A stretch of DNA of 64,000 nucleotides from Chrysomallon squamiferum (Eukaryota; Animalia; Mollusca). This document shows positions 51,062 to 64,000 of the stretch, piece after piece. Numbering within the stretch: position 1 is the first letter of the stretch; each line of letters opens with the position of its first letter. The stretch is from positions 4,154,001-4,218,000 of the forward strand of contig CM022670.1 of NCBI GenBank assembly GCA_012295275.1. Direction: 5' to 3'. The position numbers were made by a program, and so were the translations under genes. The notes under the pieces are model-generated. The model had not been told where the DNA came from. It searched no databases and was given only the letters and a program-made list of their open reading frames with translations.

Positions 51062-52708
51062 ATTAATTAATAATGATGATGATAATAATAATAATAGTAA
51101 CATTTATTTTAAAAAATTAATAATAATGAAATAAAAAAAAAAAAAAGAGAAAAAATAATACAGTAAAAAATACTTACAAAATAAATGTAGAGCATTGACA
51201 GGAATTGGAAAAAATTCTTCTTTTATTGGTTTACACCAAAAATGTTTGCAGATGATCAAGAATTGAAGATGTAACACACAGGCACACAGGCGTTGCAGAA
51301 CTGACTATGAAAATAAAATCATTTTCATTATAAAGGAGGAAAACAAAGTTTGTTCTGTTTTCAGTAATAAGATGTAGTTGAAAATCTTTTACCGGCTCGG
51401 CACAGATAAACTTTTGTTCAAAGGAGCATACGATGTATACCACAATAAAGAGCAATATCTTCTCTTTTCAGTCACTGTTTCTTTTTGTTTTGATGAAAGT
51501 GTGCGACTTTTATATTTTTTATTATTTTTAATAAGGCGTGGCATTCCTTCCTAAACGTCGGAAAGTACGCATGGTTTTGTTTCCACCCTCCCGCTTATAA
51601 TTCGTTTCATCTAAAATAGATTTCCCTGCAAAACATGTTTTTCTTTTCTGAACTGTCAAAATTTTGTTTCGGAATCCAAGAAAACAAGTTTTTTGAATGG
51701 AAAAATCTATCTTTTCCCATAAATTTTCACCAATCAAGTATAATTTCTGAAAAAAGCAATTTTTTAATATTCTAATGAACACGGGGATTATTCTGATACG
51801 GTCACTGCGAGATCGTTAAAGATAGTCACTCGTGGTCAGAAATGAAAGTCAACATCAATCTGTGTTCTCATTAAGCTCGTGGATGGGAAAGGGTTGTAGA
51901 GGAAACTAAGAGCGACGAACCTGTATGAAGAGACTTACTTTGAAAAATAACAGAATGAAGCAGTACATGAATAGGTAAGAATTAAAAAAAAAAAAAAAAA
52001 AACACAAAAAAACATCAACAACGAAAATAAAAAAATAAATAAAAAACCAGTTGAGCTCCTGATGTTAAAAAATAATTATCGTTGTGATTCGGATTTTAAT
52101 CAGTTTCAGTTTAAACATTATTAGTTTGTTTTGGGCCTATATTTCCATTCGTTCTGGTGACTAATTGCATAGGTGTTGATAAAAAGTTTTCTTATATATA
52201 AAAATCGAGGTGAAGGAAATGAAAAGAAAAAGCTTTTTGGCGAGGACCTTACAAACTGGCACGTATTGAAAGTTATCAGATGTTAACATCAAGAACTTGA
52301 TAATTCCCTTGAGATACACAAACTAGAATATACTTAGCTTTATAAACAAAATTCTCTGTCAGAATAAGTTTGTTAATCTTCCCCTGCAGATGATTCAGTT
52401 ATTTGACCCCATCCCAAATCGATTCTTGGAAAAAAAAGTCACAGGACAATAATATACATATTCTGAATAATATATATAGATGAAACACGTGTTCTTTAAT
52501 TTTAATGTTCGTGGTTTAAGCGGATTTCCACCACAACTTCGTTTCGCGAGTTGCATGTTTTGGTATACATGAACCCCTCATAACAGATTTTGTTACCACC
52601 CTTATTGCTACGAATAACTTCCATATTAAACATACATCTGATACTAGAGAAGCTGGAGAATATATAGTGAAATACATTTTAACCTGGGACATTTTATAAA
52701 TCATTTAC

Positions 52709-52810
52709 AATAGGAAGCCCTTAGTTTAAATCTATCCTAATCACTAAGCTAAACCCAAGCTAGACCCAATATGAAGCCCCTTTCTTTAATCTAGCCTAAT
52801 CAGTAAGCTT
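52709..52810. repeat. Diverged ~60-bp-period duplication
   Basis: GAAGCCCTTAGTTTAAATCTATCCTAATCACTAAGCT versus GAAGCCCCTTTCTTTAATCTAGCCTAATCAGTAAGCT. Confidence 0.7.
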
Positions 52811-53890
52811 AAGAATTACCCCATGCATACTATGATGCAAGATTCAATATACTACAAACTCATACATTTTGTGAATTGTTTCGTGTGACTTTTCTTCCTG
52901 TACTAAACTCTGACTTTTTTCTCCCAGTCACCCCCAAATCAACCTATGCTACACTGTTTGTGTCTTGTAACATCTCTTTACACAGATTTTTCCTTCTGAA
53001 TGAAATGCAGTTTGAATTATAAAAATCTGATTTTAAAGTGCTGACAGGAAACAGTCAAAATACCAACTAATTTGGGGGCTTAAGAGTCCTTTTGGGGAGC
53101 TGCTAGTTCATATGTAAGCAAGGGTTGAATCTGGAAAAAATTAAACATTATCTATGTTAAATGCTTAAAATATGTGCATTTTCATTCTTTTGTGTATGCA
53201 TCTGTGAACGATATAAACTTGCAAATTAAGGGTTTTCTGTAAACGGTGTTTTTTAAAGAAAATTATTATAATATTTTTTACTGAAAAATCGGAGAATATT
53301 ATTTAAACATAACTTGTTTTTAATAAACATTTTTAATGGGTTAGAAATTGTCATACAGGATAAATCGACATTGTCCTTCATAAAAACAAGAAAAGTATAT
53401 ATATAAAAGCCTTGTTTGAGTGAATAGATGTTTTAGAAGAAAGTTCTAAAAAATATTCTTAATAATGACGAAGACCGTGGTGCGCAATTTTTATTATTAT
53501 GATTAGGAAGGTGCGCGTTATTTTGCGCTGCTGAAATCCATGGGCACTTGGCATGCGGTGGGTGGCATGGTACAACCGTGCAACATAAAAAAGATGGTAT
53601 CTGAAAAATGTATTTTATTAATTATTTTTTTTTTCCCCAAATATTAGTGATAACAGAATTCTACCAAACGTCATTAATAAATGCGACAGCTTTTGCATTC
53701 GTCTCAGTGTTAGTCTTTTACGGGTTTTCAATGGACCTGCTGACCGCAATGAATGATGGTAAATTATATAATGTTTTTACATTACACATTTAATATATAA
53801 AATTTAATATCCATGTAATTTCTAGTATCAGGAAATATTTCAAGTAAAAAAAGATTTAAGATTAATCATTGCTATAAGGTATCGGACTCT

Positions 53891-53920
53891 GTCACGTGAT
53901 TAGTGAACATAAAGATGGCG
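53891..53920 (+). promoter_or_regulatory. UBE3A promoter motifs: E-box GTCACGTG and YY1-like AAGATGGCG
   Basis: GTCACGTG at 53891-53898 and AAGATGGCG at 53912-53920, ~115-145 bp upstream of the first ATG in a CpG-rich patch; typical of housekeeping promoters. Confidence 0.55.
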
Positions 53921-54033
53921 TCCTATGTATAAAAAAATAATATAGGCGTCTCGTAATTGTTTTGAGGTGTGAAGGTTTCTTGGACACACGAGTGGCCAGT
54001 AAGGTTAAAGAATAGTATATCGTACGACTTCGT

Positions 54034-61251
<7,218 letters not shown>

Positions 61252-61669
61252 CTTAGCTTCTTTATTCCTCCTGGCTGGACAGAATCACCTCAACACCTCT
61301 TTATTTGTGCCTGTCAAAGGTGATTGGTTGGTTGGTTGGAAATTGATAAAATTAAATTAAAATAAATACCACTGATTCTCAGCATATGTGTGCCAACATT
61401 AATGAAATTAAAAGAAAACAACAGTAACCAAAAAAAAAACAAAAAAAAAACTGATACACATCATTCATATCAGAAAATGAGATGTGTGCGTGTCTGCGTG
61501 CATTTTCAATATTCGTGTTTAAGGTTTTGAGCTTTTAATTTTATTTCATTAATTGTTCAAGCAGCCCAATGAATTTGAAGAAATGATTTTGTATTTTACA
61601 TTGAACTTAATTTTCAATTGGTTTCATGTTGCATGTTTGAAGTGAATAGTTCTGAAAAAAAGTGTTAAA

Positions 61670-61702
<33 letters not shown>

Positions 61703-63486
61703 TTAAAAAGAATTATTGGCCGAGTATTTTGAAGTTTGCTCAGTTTTGAATACCACTAACTTTCATTACTTAGTCACAAGTGTTGAGCATATGAATATAA
61801 GTACTTACTTATATTTTAAGTATGCTGTGTTTGTAGCTGTGTCTGTCTGAAGGTAAGAATGAATACACGAGTGTGCATTTGTGTAAAATTGCCACATTTT
61901 ATTCAGGAGCTGTGATTCCAAACGACAAAGATTTATTATGGAAGATTCCATTGCTTTTTGGTTGCTATTTTACATGGAATATTTTACCAGTGTTTTCAAA
62001 CCAGTTATTATTTACTGAAAGTAAATATTCAATACAAAACAATCTTCAGTATTGTAAAATATATAATATATACACATTTAATATGTGAAGTGTAATTAAA
62101 TGCAACATTGTTTAATCAACCACATATATTTAATTTTATTGTGGAATATGAAATTATATATAGAAGTAAGTTTGTAAGTGTGAAAAAGAGAAATAGATGA
62201 AATTTATTTATACAGTGGAGACAATTGTATATGAAAGGCTTATTGGGAAGAACTGTTTGGTTAAATGATAATATTTGATTATTAATTATTAAAATTAATT
62301 AAATGGATCCAGAAATGAAATTTAAAAAAAGTATTTTTAAGTAAATTATGTTAGATAATTAGCATTACTTATTTAAGATTTAATTTGCATTAAAAAGTAA
62401 TAATAATTATGTGTGTGTGTTTCTTTAAGTGAGATTTTGGTCTTAAAGTACAAGATAACAAGAAATGTGTTTGTTATTATAACAATGAAATTATATAAAT
62501 ATGTTGTTAAACCACTTTTCAAGACATTTTCCATTACTGTGTTACTGTATTTAATTTCATTTTCTGTTTTATTATTTACCACCCCATACTTGTGTCTGAA
62601 AAAGATTAATTTAAATTTGTTTTTGTCTGGATTTTAAAATGATCTGAAGTGACTTGTTTTGTTACAGAAAAATAATGGCAGTTTTGTCTCTTGCCATTCT
62701 GAAATTTTAAAAATTATTTTCATATTTCACTAAGAATTATAATTATATAAGTAATAAGAACATCCATAACATTATTGCAAACATAAACATTTGCCAGTAA
62801 TCATCAGACAGTGATATTTCTATTACTTTATTTTCTTTTTCTCCTTCATTTACAAACATTTTAATGCAGATAAATTTAACTGTTGTAAAGAAAACTAATG
62901 TTTAAAACAAAACTCAGGGCAAACAGCTAACAAATTTATCCATTCATAAATGAAAATAAGATACTGCAGTCTGTTTATTTAAGGTGTGACAAAAAAGATA
63001 TAAAAATTATTTTAAAATAGTACAGAAATACAAACTTAACAATTTCAGTGTTTATCCAATTCCTATATGCTGCAGTCATACCTATGCAATAGTTAAAATG
63101 AATCTTCCTTCAGTTCTGTGTTAACATTGTTTACAGGTTGTAAAATAAACACTGCAACATACACCACAGCAAGAAAAATAATTAAAATTTAATTATTTTT
63201 TCTTTGTTCTTTGTATGTTAAAAAACATCTGCATTCCACATGTTTAACATTGACTCATGCTTATCATATCTTAAAAATGCAATCTTGAGTAAAAAGAAAC
63301 CTTTACTGTCAAGTGAATCCAAATATGTTGGAAGTTTTACTTCACAGGCAAGTACAATTGCTTGTTAAAAAATCTTGAGTATCAATTTTACTGAGTCAGG
63401 TTTTTATGTAGATATGTGTGTATTAGAAAATAACTATTTATTAAATATTAATTGCTTTTGTGTTGTGTTATATCACTAATATGCTA

Positions 63487-63492
63487 AATAAA
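63487..63492 (+). terminator. Candidate distal UBE3A polyadenylation signal
   Basis: AATAAA after ~2.2 kb of AT-rich putative 3' UTR; other AATAAA copies exist (e.g. 61361). Confidence 0.25.
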
Positions 63493-64000
63493 AGTTTGTA
63501 CAAAACTAAAATTTAAATTTAATCAAATGCAAAATTATAGAATGTTCTGGATACATATTGTTTGATGTTACAAATTGCTGTTATTCTGTTATATTTAGAA
63601 CAAAATAGTTAAATAGTATGTTACTGAGATGAAATTTCGGTTATGTATTTGATGCATAACGTTAAAGATACTGTTGACATGATTTTCTGGTACTTGTTTG
63701 CATGTCAGAATAAAAAATACTTTATTGTTGGGTACATTATTACTTAGCCATTTATGTTCAAACTGACAAAAAATCTGTCATTAAAAACATAATGTCTACC
63801 AGGTTATAAATAAATAAATATATAATTACAAACTTGACTCACCTACTGTTTTTTGTAAATTCATGTTTTAAAAATAAAAACAAGTATAATTTGTACAAAG
63901 TAAATAAATAATTAATAATTAAATTTGGCTTATTGTTATATGTAAATTCACATTTTCAAATTCACATATAAACATACAAAAAAGAAAAAGAAAAATTTTG

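Noticed and set aside
53915-53932. ATG in strong context as the UBE3A start
   Set aside because: It closes after five codons (MASYV*); better read as part of the YY1 motif or a tiny uORF.

Overview
AT-rich, intron-dense animal genomic DNA with many microsatellites; an invertebrate, probably mollusc-like (inference). It holds three + strand genes reconstructed by hand from splice signals and phase checks. (1) The 3' part of HERC2: 63 exons at 3-36358 (cytochrome-b5-like, MIB/HERC2, UBA-like, CPH, ZZ, DOC, RLD2, RLD3, HECT); the 5' end lies upstream of the window. (2) A complete 10-exon SLC7 LAT-family amino-acid transporter light chain at 41605-49713 (489 aa). (3) A complete 11-exon UBE3A/E6AP at 54034-61251 (918 aa, or 883 aa from the second Met). 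Main observations: HERC2 and its known binding partner UBE3A sit about 18 kb apart. Two +1 frameshifts in HERC2 look like consensus artefacts. A diverged copy of a HECT-exon segment lies inside an RLD3 intron. Several tandem repeats are anchored on splice sites, including ten copies of one SLC7 donor region. There are two intact MITEs, candidate alternative splice events, and a candidate spliced divergent transcript upstream of SLC7. No CRISPR, rRNA or tRNA was seen. Comparisons with human genes are from memory and need checking.
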